Translations under genes and position numbers: made by a program
Notes under the pieces: generated by a model
The model's database searches: none
Seen by the model: the letters and a program-made list of their open reading frames with translations, nothing else
What the model was told of the DNA's origin: nothing
Assembly (NCBI RefSeq): GCF_000406145.1
Contig: NZ_CM001976.1
Coordinates: 3,804,955-3,836,954 of the forward strand
Source: Dickeya dadantii NCPPB 898
Lineage (GTDB): Bacteria; Pseudomonadota; Gammaproteobacteria; Enterobacterales; Enterobacteriaceae
Direction of reading: 5' to 3'
DNA length: 32,000 nucleotides
Part shown: piece by piece, positions 23,438-31,949 of the stretch
Position numbering within the stretch: position 1 is the stretch's first letter
How the letters are laid out: every line of letters starts with the position of its first letter

Positions 23438-23508
23438 CGGCGATGCCGCACCCATAATGTTATTCCCTTTCAGAGGTTCGCCGTCCGTGACGACTGTGCG
23501 AAAAAACC

Positions 23509-24825
23509 ATGTTAAACAGTCTGTTAATTATTTTATTTCTTATCGCCATCAGTGCGTTTTTCTCTCTGTCTGAAATCTCGCTGGCCGCTTCACGCAAGAT
23601 CAAGCTGAAGCTGATGGCCGACGAAGGCGACCTGAACGCCGCCCTGGTGTTGAAATTTCAGGAAACGCCGGGCATTTTCTTCACCGTGATTCAGATCGGC
23701 CTTAACGCGGTCGCCATTCTCGCCGGTATCATCGGCGACGCCGCCTTCTCGCCCTACTTCGAAATGCTGTTTGCCAGCTTTCTGCCGCAGGATATGGTCG
23801 CTCGCGCCAGTTTTATCTGCTCGTTTGTGCTGGTTACCAGCCTGTTCATCCTGTTTGGCGACCTGACGCCGAAGCGCATTGGTATGATCGCCCCGGAAGC
23901 GATAGCCATTCGGATCATCAACCCCATGCGCTTCTGTCTGCTGGTGTTCCGCCCACTAGTCTGGCTGTTCAACGGTCTGGCTAACCTGATTTTCCGCCTG
24001 TTCAAGCTGCCGATGGTGCGCAAAGAAGACATCACGCCCGACGATATCTATGCGGTGGTGGAAGCCGGCGCGCTGGCTGGCGTATTGCGTAAACAGGAAC
24101 ACGAGCTGATCGAAAACGTGTTCGAACTGGAGTCGCGCACCGTGCCTTCTTCAATGACCTCGCGCGAAAGCGTGGTCTATTTCGACCTGCATGAAGATGA
24201 AACGCAGATCAAAGAGAAAATCGCGCACCAACCGCACTCCAAGTTTCTGGTGTGCAACGGCACCATCGATCAGATCGTCGGGTATGTGGATTCCAAGGAT
24301 CTACTGAATCGGGTACTGGGCAACCAGAGTCTGGAACTGACCAGCGGCGTACAGATTCGCCCGGCGCTGATCGTGCCGGACACCCTGACGCTGTCGGAAG
24401 CGCTGGAAAGTTTCAAAACCGCCGGCGAAGACTTCGCGGTGATCCTCAACGAGTACGCGCTGGTGGTGGGGATTATCACCCTTAACGACGTGATGACCAC
24501 GCTGATGGGCGACCTGGTCGGGCAAGGGCTGGAAGAGCAGATCGTCGCCCGTGACGAGAATTCCTGGCTGATTGAGGGCGGCACGCCGATAGAAGACGTG
24601 ATGCGGGCGCTCAGCATCGATGAGTTCCCCCACTCCGACAATTACGAAACCATCGGCGGGTTCATGATGTACACGCTGCGCAAAATCCCCAAACGCACCG
24701 ACTTTGTGCGCTACGCCGGGTATAAGTTCGAAGTGGTGGATATCGACAGCTACAAGATCGACCAGTTACTGGTCACACGGCTGGAAGAAAAAACGGCGGC
24801 CAACGCCGAAACGCATCCGGCATAA
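23509..24825 (+). CDS. ytfL: CNNM/DUF21-CBS-CorC_HlyC family membrane protein YtfL (PaeA-type putative polyamine exporter, 438 aa)
   Basis: MLNSLLIILFLIAISAFFSLSEISLAASRKIKLKLMADEG...YAVVEAGALAGVLRKQEHELIENVFELESRTVPSSMT... is collinear with E. coli YtfL. Confidence 0.9.
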   Translation: MLNSLLIILFLIAISAFFSLSEISLAASRKIKLKLMADEGDLNAALVLKFQETPGIFFTVIQIGLNAVAILAGIIGDAAFSPYFEMLFASFLPQDMVARASFICSFVLVTSLFILFGDLTPKRIGMIAPEAIAIRIINPMRFCLLVFRPLVWLFNGLANLIFRLFKLPMVRKEDITPDDIYAVVEAGALAGVLRKQEHELIENVFELESRTVPSSMTSRESVVYFDLHEDETQIKEKIAHQPHSKFLVCNGTIDQIVGYVDSKDLLNRVLGNQSLELTSGVQIRPALIVPDTLTLSEALESFKTAGEDFAVILNEYALVVGIITLNDVMTTLMGDLVGQGLEEQIVARDENSWLIEGGTPIEDVMRALSIDEFPHSDNYETIGGFMMYTLRKIPKRTDFVRYAGYKFEVVDIDSYKIDQLLVTRLEEKTAANAETHPA

Positions 24826-24874
24826 GCCGTTGCGCGCATTGACCTCGACAGATAATAAAACCCCAACAAATAGC

Positions 24875-24898
24875 AACGGCCCGTCAACGGGCCGTTTT
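24875..24898 (+). terminator. Intrinsic terminator after ytfL
   Basis: aacggcccg-tcaa-cgggccgtt followed by tt. Confidence 0.65.
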
Positions 24899-24921
24899 CC
24901 TGTCGCAGGGCGCATGTTCCT

Positions 24922-25128
24922 TCAACCCAATTCAGCCTGCAACTTCAGTACCTGACGGTTGACTTCGGACATCACCACCAGATGCTGTTTATCCTGCGTT
25001 TTGGGCAACAAAATGCGGCCCTGATCAAATTCAAAAGCGCCAATCCCTTTAATGTAGAGTCTTCCACGAAACAGGATTTTTACATACTTGGCGACCTTCA
25101 AGGGGTTATAACGTTCGAAGATCCTCAT
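24922..25128 (-). CDS. ytfK: DUF1107 protein YtfK (68 aa)
   Basis: [43 protein letters not shown]...[16 protein letters not shown] closely matches remembered E. coli YtfK. A strong SD (GGAGGAGAGAGGAAG) lies upstream. Confidence 0.9.
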   Translation of the reverse strand: MRIFERYNPLKVAKYVKILFRGRLYIKGIGAFEFDQGRILLPKTQDKQHLVVMSEVNRQVLKLQAELG

Positions 25129-25554
25129 TGTCTTCCTCTCTCCTCCCGTTTTTTCTCCACCACGCTACCCGTTCCCAATTGGGGGATCGGATGATACTCA
25201 GCGCGGCAATCACGTACCGTTGGTCAATCATGCACAACTGATCGATCACACACACTTGGTTAGTGCCCTTATCCTGCGGTTAGTTCCCGCAATGACAGAA
25301 TTATTTACGGCGTTTACATATTTTTACCGAATAGACTAATGCCATACTTTCTAAATCAGTATAAACCTTCAAATTATTGCCGTGTGTGCGATATGCCGCA
25401 AACTCACACACGCTGCGTCGATCGTATCAACGGCCGCCAATCTACCGTGAAAATATGACCAAAAAACGACAGTGCGCCATCAGCGACATAAAGATAAAAA
25501 CGGGAAAGCGGGAAGAGCACGGCAGGTTCATCGCCTGCCGTTGCCATCATCAGG

Positions 25555-25578
25555 AAAAATCCGGCCAAAACGGCCGGA
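25555..25578 (-). terminator. Intrinsic terminator after cysQ
   Basis: The minus strand reads tccggcc-gtttt-ggccgga followed by TTTTT, starting 8 nt after the cysQ stop. Confidence 0.7.
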
Positions 25579-25585
25579 AAGAAAC

Positions 25586-26326
25586 TCAGAATAGTGAAAC
25601 GCGAAAGCCCGGATTCAGGAAGGATTCACGCGGCAGATAGGAGAGCGAGCGACCTTGCCAGTCATGCACCTGCGCGCCGGCTGCCAGCGCCACCGCGTGT
25701 CCGGCGGCGGTATCCCAAATGTTGGTCGGCCCGAAACGCGGATAAAGTTGGGCCTTGCCCTCCGCCACCAGACAGAACTTCAGCGATGAGCCAATGGATA
25801 CGGTATGGTGTTCGCCCAGTTGTCGCAGGTAATCGTCCAGTTCCGCATCAGCGTGGGAGCGGCTCACCACCACCAGCGGCGGCCTAGCGTCTTTTACCCG
25901 AATGGCGCGGCGCTTCCCATCTTCTTCCTTCCAGGCCTTGCCGTCCGCCGCAGCGTACATCACCCCGGTCACCGGCACGTATACCACGCCCAGTACCGGT
26001 TTGCCGTTATCGATCAGCGCAATATTGACGGTAAATTCGCCGTTGCGATTGAGAAATTCTTTGGTGCCGTCCAGCGGGTCCACCAGCCAGTAACGCTGCC
26101 AGTGCTGACGTTCAGACCACGCCTGCGGGTCCTCCTCCGACAGCATCGGCGTTTCGGGGTACTGTTCGGCCAATCCACGCGCAATGACCCGGTGCGCCGC
26201 CAGGTCGGCCGCCGTCACCGGCGAGTCGTCTTTCTTAAGCGCCGCATTCAGCGGCTGCTGACCGTTATAAACCTGCATGATGGCGTCTCCCGCCTCACGC
26301 GCCAGTTGGCAGATCTGTTCTAACAT
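25586..26326 (-). CDS. cysQ: 3'(2'),5'-bisphosphate nucleotidase CysQ (246 aa)
   Basis: [20 protein letters not shown]...[11 protein letters not shown]...LSEE...[12 protein letters not shown]... carries the inositol monophosphatase-family motifs and is collinear with E. coli CysQ. GAGGTG is the SD. Confidence 0.95.
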   Translation of the reverse strand: MLEQICQLAREAGDAIMQVYNGQQPLNAALKKDDSPVTAADLAAHRVIARGLAEQYPETPMLSEEDPQAWSERQHWQRYWLVDPLDGTKEFLNRNGEFTVNIALIDNGKPVLGVVYVPVTGVMYAAADGKAWKEEDGKRRAIRVKDARPPLVVVSRSHADAELDDYLRQLGEHHTVSIGSSLKFCLVAEGKAQLYPRFGPTNIWDTAAGHAVALAAGAQVHDWQGRSLSYLPRESFLNPGFRVSLF

Positions 26327-26414
26327 CGTTTCACCTCGTTATACGTACAGGCCATGTATCAGGTACCGCGACAACGCATACACCGGGCCATTTTTATGTC
26401 TATCCCCGGAATTC

Positions 26415-26556
26415 TATACCCAAAATAATTCAAGTTGCAGGACAACACGCTGGTAGCGCGTTGAACAACGTAGCGCGTTGGCCCCGAAGGGCGTGGCCCA
26501 TGGATGGGCCGAGCAAGAAAGCCAACGCACCTGCAACTTGAAGTATGACGGGTATA
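26415..26556. repeat. ERIC/IRU-type intergenic repeat element (about 142 bp) with a non-canonical core
   Basis: The ends TATACCCAAAATAATTCAAGTTGCAGG (26415-) and GCCAACGCACCTGCAACTTGAAGTATGACGGGTATA (-26556) match the termini of the ERIC consensus as I remember it. The middle lacks the canonical GTGAATCCCCAGGAGCTTACAT...GTGACTGGGGTGAGCG core. Confidence 0.7.
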
Positions 26557-26701
26557 TGTCATGCTTCACACTTCAGGCTGATATTTAACACGATATTCAT
26601 CAAAATCTGCGATATACATTCTGGCCACGCCGCCATTGTCGGACCACTGCCCGACTGCGCAGGCGTCGCCACGCCAATACCTCTCACAGGAGCGACCTTA
26701 T

Positions 26702-28651
26702 ATGAAGCATAAGCTGGTGCTGAGCCTGCTCGCGATAGCCATCGCTACCGCAACTCAGGCAGCCACCGTTGATTTACGGGTGCTGGAAACCACCGACCTT
26801 CACAGCAATATGATGGACTATGACTACTATAAAGACAGTCCAACGGATAAATTCGGACTGGTCCGTACCGCCAGTCTGATTCAGGCTGCCCGACAGCAAG
26901 CCGTCAACAGCGTACTGGTGGACAACGGCGATATTATTCAGGGCAGCCCGCTGGGCGACTACGTCGCCGCCAAAGGGCTGCAAAAAGGCGACGTGCACCC
27001 GGTCTATCTGGCGATGAACACGTTGGATTACGCGGTCGGCAATATCGGTAACCACGAATTCAACTACGGGTTGGACTACCTGCACAACGCGCTGGCCGGC
27101 GCCCATTTCCCGTATATCAACGCCAACGTGCTGGATGCCAAAACCGGCAAACCGCTGTTTACTCCCTACCTGATCGAAAAGAAAACGGTGAAAGACCGTG
27201 ACGGCAATCCCCACGAACTGCGCATCGGTTACATCGGCTTCGTACCGCCGCAAATCATGGTCTGGGACAAAGCCAACCTGAGCGGCAAGGTCACGGTGGC
27301 GGACATCACCGAAACCGCGAAAAAATGGGTGCCGGAACTGCGCAAACAAGGGGCGGACGTGGTGATCGCCATCCCGCATTCCGGCCTGTCGGCGGAACCG
27401 TACAAAGCGATGGCGGAAAACTCGGTCTACTACTTAAGCCAGATCCCCGGTATCGACGCCATTATGTTCGGCCACGCTCACGCGGTGTTCCCAAGCAAGG
27501 ATTTCGCCGGCATCAAAGGCGCCGACATCGCAAAAGGCACGCTGAACGGCGTTCCCGCCGTGATGCCCGGCCAGTGGGGCGACCATCTCGGCGTGGTGGA
27601 CCTGATACTGAACAACGACGGCGGCCAGTGGAAAGTAACCGAAGGCAAGGCGGAAGCCCGCCCTATCTACGACAAAGCGCAGAAGAAATCGCTGGCGGCG
27701 GAAGATGCGCAGTTGGTTAAGGTACTGACGGACGCCCATCAGAAAACCCGCGAGTTTGTCAGCAAGCCCATCGGCAAGGCTTCCGACAACATGTACAGTT
27801 ATCTGTCGCTGATTCAGGACGACCCGACGGTCCAGATCGTCAACAACGCGCAGACCGCGTACGCCGAGCACTTTATTCAGGGCGACCCAGATCTGGCGGA
27901 GCTGCCGGTGCTATCGGCAGCGGCGCCGTTCAAGGCCGGCGGCCGCAAGAACGACCCGGCCAGCTACGTGGAAGTGGAGAAAGGCCAGTTGACCTTCCGT
28001 AACGCCGCTGATCTTTACCTCTATCCCAACACGCTGGTGGTGGTAAAAGTAAAAGGCGAGCAGGTACGGGAATGGCTGGAATGTTCCGCCGGCCAGTTCA
28101 ACCAGATTGACGCGCACAAACGCGAGCCGCAGTCGCTGATCAACTGGGATGGCTTTCGCACCTACAACTTTGACGTCATTGACGGCGTGAACTATCAGAT
28201 AGACGTCACCCAGCCCGCCCGCTATGACGGCGAGTGTCAGTTGATCAACGGCAATGCGCATCGCATCAAGGATCTGACCTTCAAAGGCAAACCGATCGAC
28301 CCGCAGGCCACATTCCTGATCGCCACCAACAACTACCGCGCCTACGGCGAGAAATTCGCCGGCACCGGTGAAAAACAGGTCGCGTTTGCGTCGCCGGATG
28401 AAAACCGCGCGGTGCTGGCCGCCTATATCAGCGCCGAAACGAAAAAAGCCGGCGAGGTAACCCCCTCGGCGGACAACAACTGGCGTCTGGCGAAAATTGT
28501 CAGCGATACCCCGCTGGATATCCGGGTCGAGACATCACCGTCGCCGAAAGCGGCAGCGTTCATCAAGGAAAAGTCGCAGTACCCGCTAACGCTGGTGGGT
28601 AACGACGACATCGGTTTTGCCGTCTACCGTCTGGATCTACAAAAACAGTAA
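26702..28651 (+). CDS. cpdB: 2',3'-cyclic-nucleotide 2'-phosphodiesterase / 3'-nucleotidase CpdB (649 aa)
   Basis: The signal peptide [21 protein letters not shown] followed by [24 protein letters not shown]...GNHEFNYG is the metallophosphoesterase signature, collinear with E. coli CpdB. The ATG at 26702 has AGGAG upstream. Confidence 0.95.
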   Translation: MKHKLVLSLLAIAIATATQAATVDLRVLETTDLHSNMMDYDYYKDSPTDKFGLVRTASLIQAARQQAVNSVLVDNGDIIQGSPLGDYVAAKGLQKGDVHPVYLAMNTLDYAVGNIGNHEFNYGLDYLHNALAGAHFPYINANVLDAKTGKPLFTPYLIEKKTVKDRDGNPHELRIGYIGFVPPQIMVWDKANLSGKVTVADITETAKKWVPELRKQGADVVIAIPHSGLSAEPYKAMAENSVYYLSQIPGIDAIMFGHAHAVFPSKDFAGIKGADIAKGTLNGVPAVMPGQWGDHLGVVDLILNNDGGQWKVTEGKAEARPIYDKAQKKSLAAEDAQLVKVLTDAHQKTREFVSKPIGKASDNMYSYLSLIQDDPTVQIVNNAQTAYAEHFIQGDPDLAELPVLSAAAPFKAGGRKNDPASYVEVEKGQLTFRNAADLYLYPNTLVVVKVKGEQVREWLECSAGQFNQIDAHKREPQSLINWDGFRTYNFDVIDGVNYQIDVTQPARYDGECQLINGNAHRIKDLTFKGKPIDPQATFLIATNNYRAYGEKFAGTGEKQVAFASPDENRAVLAAYISAETKKAGEVTPSADNNWRLAKIVSDTPLDIRVETSPSPKAAAFIKEKSQYPLTLVGNDDIGFAVYRLDLQKQ

Positions 28652-28659
28652 CCCCATCC

Positions 28660-28686
28660 AACCGCGCTTCCACGGCGCGGTTTTTT
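28660..28686 (+). terminator. Intrinsic terminator after cpdB
   Basis: aaccgcgc-ttccacg-gcgcggtt within a T6 run. Confidence 0.8.
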
Positions 28687-28730
28687 CGCCGTCTTCCCCG
28701 GTAATCCTTTTTAGGGATAGCTAATCCTAA

Positions 28731-28753
28731 AAGATGCATTTAAAATACATTTT
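28731..28753 (+). promoter_or_regulatory. NsrR operator in the ytfE promoter
   Basis: AAGATGCATTTAAAATACATTTT differs at one position from the E. coli ytfE NsrR site as I remember it (AAGATGCATTTAAAATACATCTT). It lies about 30 nt upstream of the ytfE ATG and is followed by TATAAA. Confidence 0.7.
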
Positions 28754-28783
28754 ATAAATTACACCGTTCAGGGGGTACCCACC

Positions 28784-29449
28784 ATGCATTACCGCGACCA
28801 ATCATTAGGCGAACTGGCCATCACCATCCCGCGCGCCACCGCGCTGTTTCGTGAATTCAACCTCGATTTCTGCTGCGGCGGCAAACAGACGCTACTGCGT
28901 GCCGCCAGCAAACAGGCGCTGGATATCGAGATACTGGAATCTCGCCTGGCTGAGCTGGCGGCGCAACCGTCAACGGAAAAAGACTGGCAGCAGGCGTCTC
29001 TGGGCGAGATGATCCAGCACATCATCAGCCGCTTCCACGATCGCCACCGCGAGCAGTTGCCGGAACTGATCCGGATGGCCGAAAAAGTAGAGCGCGTGCA
29101 CCACGACAAACCGGCCTGCCCGCACGGACTGACTAATCAACTGATGCTGATTCACGACGATCTGGCGCAGCACATGATGAAAGAAGAGCGGATCCTGTTC
29201 CCGATGATTCAGTCCGGTATGGGTGCGCAAGCTGGCGGACCGATTTCGATGATGGAACACGAACATGATGACGCCGGTCAGCAACTGGAAGTGGTCAAAA
29301 CCATCACCAACAACGTGACACCGCCAGACAATGCCTGCACCACCTGGCGGGCGCTGTATACCGGCATCAACGAGTTTATCGACGACCTGATGGAGCATAT
29401 CCATCTGGAAAACAACCAGTTGTTCCCACGGGCGCTGCGAGGCGAGTAA
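28784..29449 (+). CDS. ytfE: Iron-sulfur cluster repair di-iron protein YtfE/RIC (221 aa)
   Basis: [37 protein letters not shown]...[12 protein letters not shown]...EERILFPMI...MEHEHDDAG...[14 protein letters not shown] is collinear with E. coli YtfE. Confidence 0.95.
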   Translation: MHYRDQSLGELAITIPRATALFREFNLDFCCGGKQTLLRAASKQALDIEILESRLAELAAQPSTEKDWQQASLGEMIQHIISRFHDRHREQLPELIRMAEKVERVHHDKPACPHGLTNQLMLIHDDLAQHMMKEERILFPMIQSGMGAQAGGPISMMEHEHDDAGQQLEVVKTITNNVTPPDNACTTWRALYTGINEFIDDLMEHIHLENNQLFPRALRGE

Positions 29450-29534
29450 CGACCGTTGTCCGTTGCCGATTGGTCGTCATCGCATACACAGCAACAATCA
29501 CCACCTCCCGAGGCGATGGTTTAGGGCTGACAAT

Positions 29535-29562
29535 AAAAAACCGCGCCGTACTGGCGCGGTTT
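29535..29562. terminator. Bidirectional terminator between ytfE and the DUF2502 gene
   Basis: An A6 run, then aaaccgcgcc-gtact-ggcgcggttt. It is strong for the minus-strand gene (T6 follows) and weaker for ytfE. Confidence 0.75.
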
Positions 29563-29593
29563 CCGTTTGGCTTCTTTGCCATCAACCCTCTGG

Positions 29594-29944
29594 TTACCAA
29601 CGCGGACCGCCGCGATGGTGACCCCAGCCCCATCCCGGGCCAGGGCCGCCCGGTCCGGGACCGGGTACAACATAAACCGGTTGTGGTTCAACCACGACAA
29701 CACGTGGCGGGGGTGGTGGCGGTGCGTAGTAATAAACCTGGCGGGCATGATGGTGGCGGCGCTCATACCAACTATCTGGATCGCACCACCGGTTGCCGTC
29801 CCAGTAATAGCCACGATCGTCACGATCACCGATGTGAAGATACACACCCGGCAGCGCCAGACTCAGACTGTCGGCCTGCGCGGCGGGCATCGCCGACACC
29901 AGTACGCCCGTCATAATGGCACCTAATAAAAGTGGCTTAATCAT
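29594..29944 (-). CDS. Secreted DUF2502 (YaaX-like) protein with a Pro/Gly-rich tail (116 aa)
   Basis: MIKPLLLGAIMTGVLVSAMPAAQA signal peptide, then LHIGDRDDRGYYWDGNRW, which matches the YaaX motif QIGDRDNRGYYWDG. The C-terminus reads PPPPPPRVVVVEPQPVYVVPGPGPGGPGPGWGWGHH. GAGG is the SD before the ATG at 29944. The upstream GTG at 29986 is unsupported. Confidence 0.8.
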   Translation of the reverse strand: MIKPLLLGAIMTGVLVSAMPAAQADSLSLALPGVYLHIGDRDDRGYYWDGNRWCDPDSWYERRHHHARQVYYYAPPPPPPRVVVVEPQPVYVVPGPGPGGPGPGWGWGHHRGGPRW

Positions 29945-30213
29945 AATGCTAACCTCTGCTTCACCGCGATGCGGCGGATGACTCACTTATACGGCGCGCC
30001 GCCATTAGCCGCTATCAGAAAATGGCTAAATATTAATACCTTCAGGAAAGCAATTCAGGTCTGGCGCCGTTTGCCGAAGTCAGCATAACGGAGCAATCGT
30101 CAGGCCGCCTTTACCAGGTGTATCGACTGGTTACACAACACGGGATCGACAAACCGGCACGGCGTGCCAGGCTGATAAAAAACGATGAAGCCGATGCGGC
30201 TAACTCTATGACA

Positions 30214-30346
30214 GGTCAGGGGAAAGTATATGGGTCGGGAGAAAGCATACGGGTCAGGGGAAAGCATATGGGTCGGGAGAAAGCATACGGGTCGGGAGAA
30301 AGCATACGGGTCGGGAGAAAGTATATGGGTCGGGAGAAAGTATGTG
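30214..30346. repeat. Tandem array of a 19 bp unit: 7 copies plus a degenerate 8th
   Basis: The consensus ggtcgggagaaagcatacg appears 3 times exactly. The variants are ggtcaggggaaag(t/c)atatg, ..gtatatg and ..gtatgtg. The plus strand is 14/19 purine. Confidence 0.95.
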
Positions 30347-30353
30347 GGATCAG

Positions 30354-30387
30354 AAAAAAGCGTGCCGGGCCACAACGTGACCCGACG
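30354..30387 (-). terminator. Probable intrinsic terminator after fklB
   Basis: The minus strand reads CGTcGGGTCAC-gtt-GTGGCCCggcACG (interrupted stem) followed by CTTTTTT, 7 nt after the fklB stop. Confidence 0.5.
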
Positions 30388-30394
30388 GGGAAAC

Positions 30395-31015
30395 TTACAG
30401 GATTTCCAGCAGTTCCACTTCAAAAATCAGCGTGCTGAACGGCGGGATAGATGCGCCTGCGCCACGTTCGCCATACGCCAGATTCTGAGGAATATAGAGC
30501 TCCCATTTCGAACCGACCGGCATCAACGTCAGCGCTTCAATCCACCCCGGAATCACGCCGCTAACCGGGAATTCCGCCGGCTGGCCGCGCTGCACCGAGC
30601 TGTCGAACACGGTGCCGTCAATCAGGCGACCGGTGTAGTGAACCCGAACCCGATCCTGACGCGCCGGGATCGCACCTTCGCCCTGCGTCAACACACGGAA
30701 CTGCAGGCCGGTTTCGGTACTGCTAACGCCGTCTTTACCGGCATTGGCTTCCAGAAAGTTCTGGCCTTCCGCCGCCTGCTCACGCTGACGCTCAAGACGC
30801 ACCGCATCCGCCCGCTCATGCACTTCACGCAACGCGCGATGTACCACATCAACCGGCACCACAGGCGCTTTTCCTGCCAGCGCATCGCACAGACCCGCCA
30901 CCAGCGCATCGGGGATCAACCCCTCCAGGCCGGATTCCTGCAGTTGTTGACCAATCTGCAGGCCAATGCCGTAGCTTGCCTGCGCTTCGACGCTGTCATA
31001 AGAAGGCGTTGTCAT
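30395..31015 (-). CDS. fklB: FKBP-type peptidyl-prolyl cis-trans isomerase FklB (206 aa)
   Basis: [33 protein letters not shown]...[85 protein letters not shown] is near-identical to E. coli FklB. AAAGGA is the SD before the ATG at 31015. Confidence 0.95.
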   Translation of the reverse strand: MTTPSYDSVEAQASYGIGLQIGQQLQESGLEGLIPDALVAGLCDALAGKAPVVPVDVVHRALREVHERADAVRLERQREQAAEGQNFLEANAGKDGVSSTETGLQFRVLTQGEGAIPARQDRVRVHYTGRLIDGTVFDSSVQRGQPAEFPVSGVIPGWIEALTLMPVGSKWELYIPQNLAYGERGAGASIPPFSTLIFEVELLEIL

Positions 31016-31194
31016 GAATGTTCCTTTAATCTGTAAAATACGAAAACGCAGCATAGCAGTGAGTCGGTTAAGGGTAAAACGTTCTGTCGCGATCTCGCCG
31101 CCTCGCCGGCCGGCGGTGCGTCAAATCGCTCATGTTTGCGGCGTCGGAACCCAATGACGATGACCTTAACTGGTTATCTGCCGTTGATTACCGA

Positions 31195-31200
31195 TATAAT
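31195..31200 (+). promoter_or_regulatory. Candidate -10 (TATAAT) for ytfB
   Basis: A perfect TATAAT lies 42 nt upstream of the ATG. The only -35 candidate is weak (TGGTTA at 18 nt spacing). Confidence 0.3.
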
Positions 31201-31241
31201 TAGGTTGTTTTCACCTTTATACGGTTCTAAGAGAGGTCACC

Positions 31242-31949
31242 ATGGGCAGAATCGCGCCCAGGAGAAAGCAATCCACCTGGAATCACCTGACGCTATGGCA
31301 ATCCTGCCAGAACTGGCTGGCCCAATGGCGCCGACGCAAGGACATTCCCGGTGAACCGGAAGAAAGCGCAGACGAAGCGGAGACGGTTACCCCGGACCCC
31401 GCGCCACGCCGCCGGCATCGCAGACAGTCATCCTGGCTGCGGGCGCTTTGGCATCTGCCGGATGATTTCAGCTGGATGGAACCGCTGCCCTATTTTCACC
31501 GTCGTTGTATTCTGATTTTGCTGTGTTTGCTGTTGCTGGTGCTGTTGTGGCCGGTGTCCCCACCAGCTCCCGCGCCTTCCCGTCAGGTGGACGTGCCGCT
31601 CAGCTCGCAGACCGCGCCGATACAGGCGCAACTGGTGGACCCCGCTGCCACCGCCAGCCAGACGCCGCGCCCGGCGACGTCTGGCGCCAACTGGCAAGCC
31701 TATCAGATCGCGTCCGGCCAGACGCTGGCCCAGCTATTCCGCGACAACAACCTTCCCGTCAACGATGTCTTCGCCATGGCGCAGGTGGAGGGACAAAGCA
31801 AGCCGCTCAGCAATCTGCGGACCGGGCAAAAGGTCCGGTTGCAGCTCAATACGCAAGGTATGGTGAGCCAGCTTGAGATCGACACCCCGGACGGTCAACA
31901 GGTGCAGTTCGTTCGCCAGCAGGACGGTTCTTTCATTCGCATTCGCTGA
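31242..31949 (+). CDS. ytfB: OapA/LysM-like cell-division-associated membrane protein YtfB (235 aa)
   Basis: ...LPDDFSWMEPLPYFHRRCILIL (TM) ... WQAYQIASGQTLAQLFRDNNLPVNDVFAMAQVEGQSKPLSNLRTGQKVRLQL...QQDGSFIRIR matches E. coli YtfB. It is divergent from fklB, as in K-12. AGAGAGG is the SD. Confidence 0.85.
   Translation: MGRIAPRRKQSTWNHLTLWQSCQNWLAQWRRRKDIPGEPEESADEAETVTPDPAPRRRHRRQSSWLRALWHLPDDFSWMEPLPYFHRRCILILLCLLLLVLLWPVSPPAPAPSRQVDVPLSSQTAPIQAQLVDPAATASQTPRPATSGANWQAYQIASGQTLAQLFRDNNLPVNDVFAMAQVEGQSKPLSNLRTGQKVRLQLNTQGMVSQLEIDTPDGQQVQFVRQQDGSFIRIR

Noticed and set aside
25285-25305. Pho box upstream of ytfK
   Set aside because: Only one CTGTCAT half-site is present. The position of the second 7 bp repeat does not match the consensus, so I record it as a hint and not a site.
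25377-25640. 87 aa plus-strand ORF in the ytfK-cysQ spacer
   Set aside because: It is a highly basic, low-complexity peptide. It reads through the cysQ terminator hairpin into the cysQ 3' end on the wrong strand, and it has no SD.
26359-26562. 67 aa minus-strand ORF between cysQ and cpdB
   Set aside because: It lies almost entirely within the ERIC-type repeat element, so it is an incidental open frame.
29470-29926. Plus-strand ORFs (148 aa and 119 aa) opposite the DUF2502 gene
   Set aside because: The minus-strand product has a clean signal peptide, an SD and the YaaX-type GDRDxRGYYWDG motif. The plus-strand frames have none of these.
30100-31036. Three ORFs threading the 19 bp array (minus 30100-30423; plus 30118-30438; plus 30230-31036)
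   Set aside because: The 19 nt unit is not a multiple of 3, so each frame rotates every unit. All three overlap the fklB coding region and terminator, and the 268 aa one is simply the antisense of fklB. The absence of stop codons in the array explains their length.
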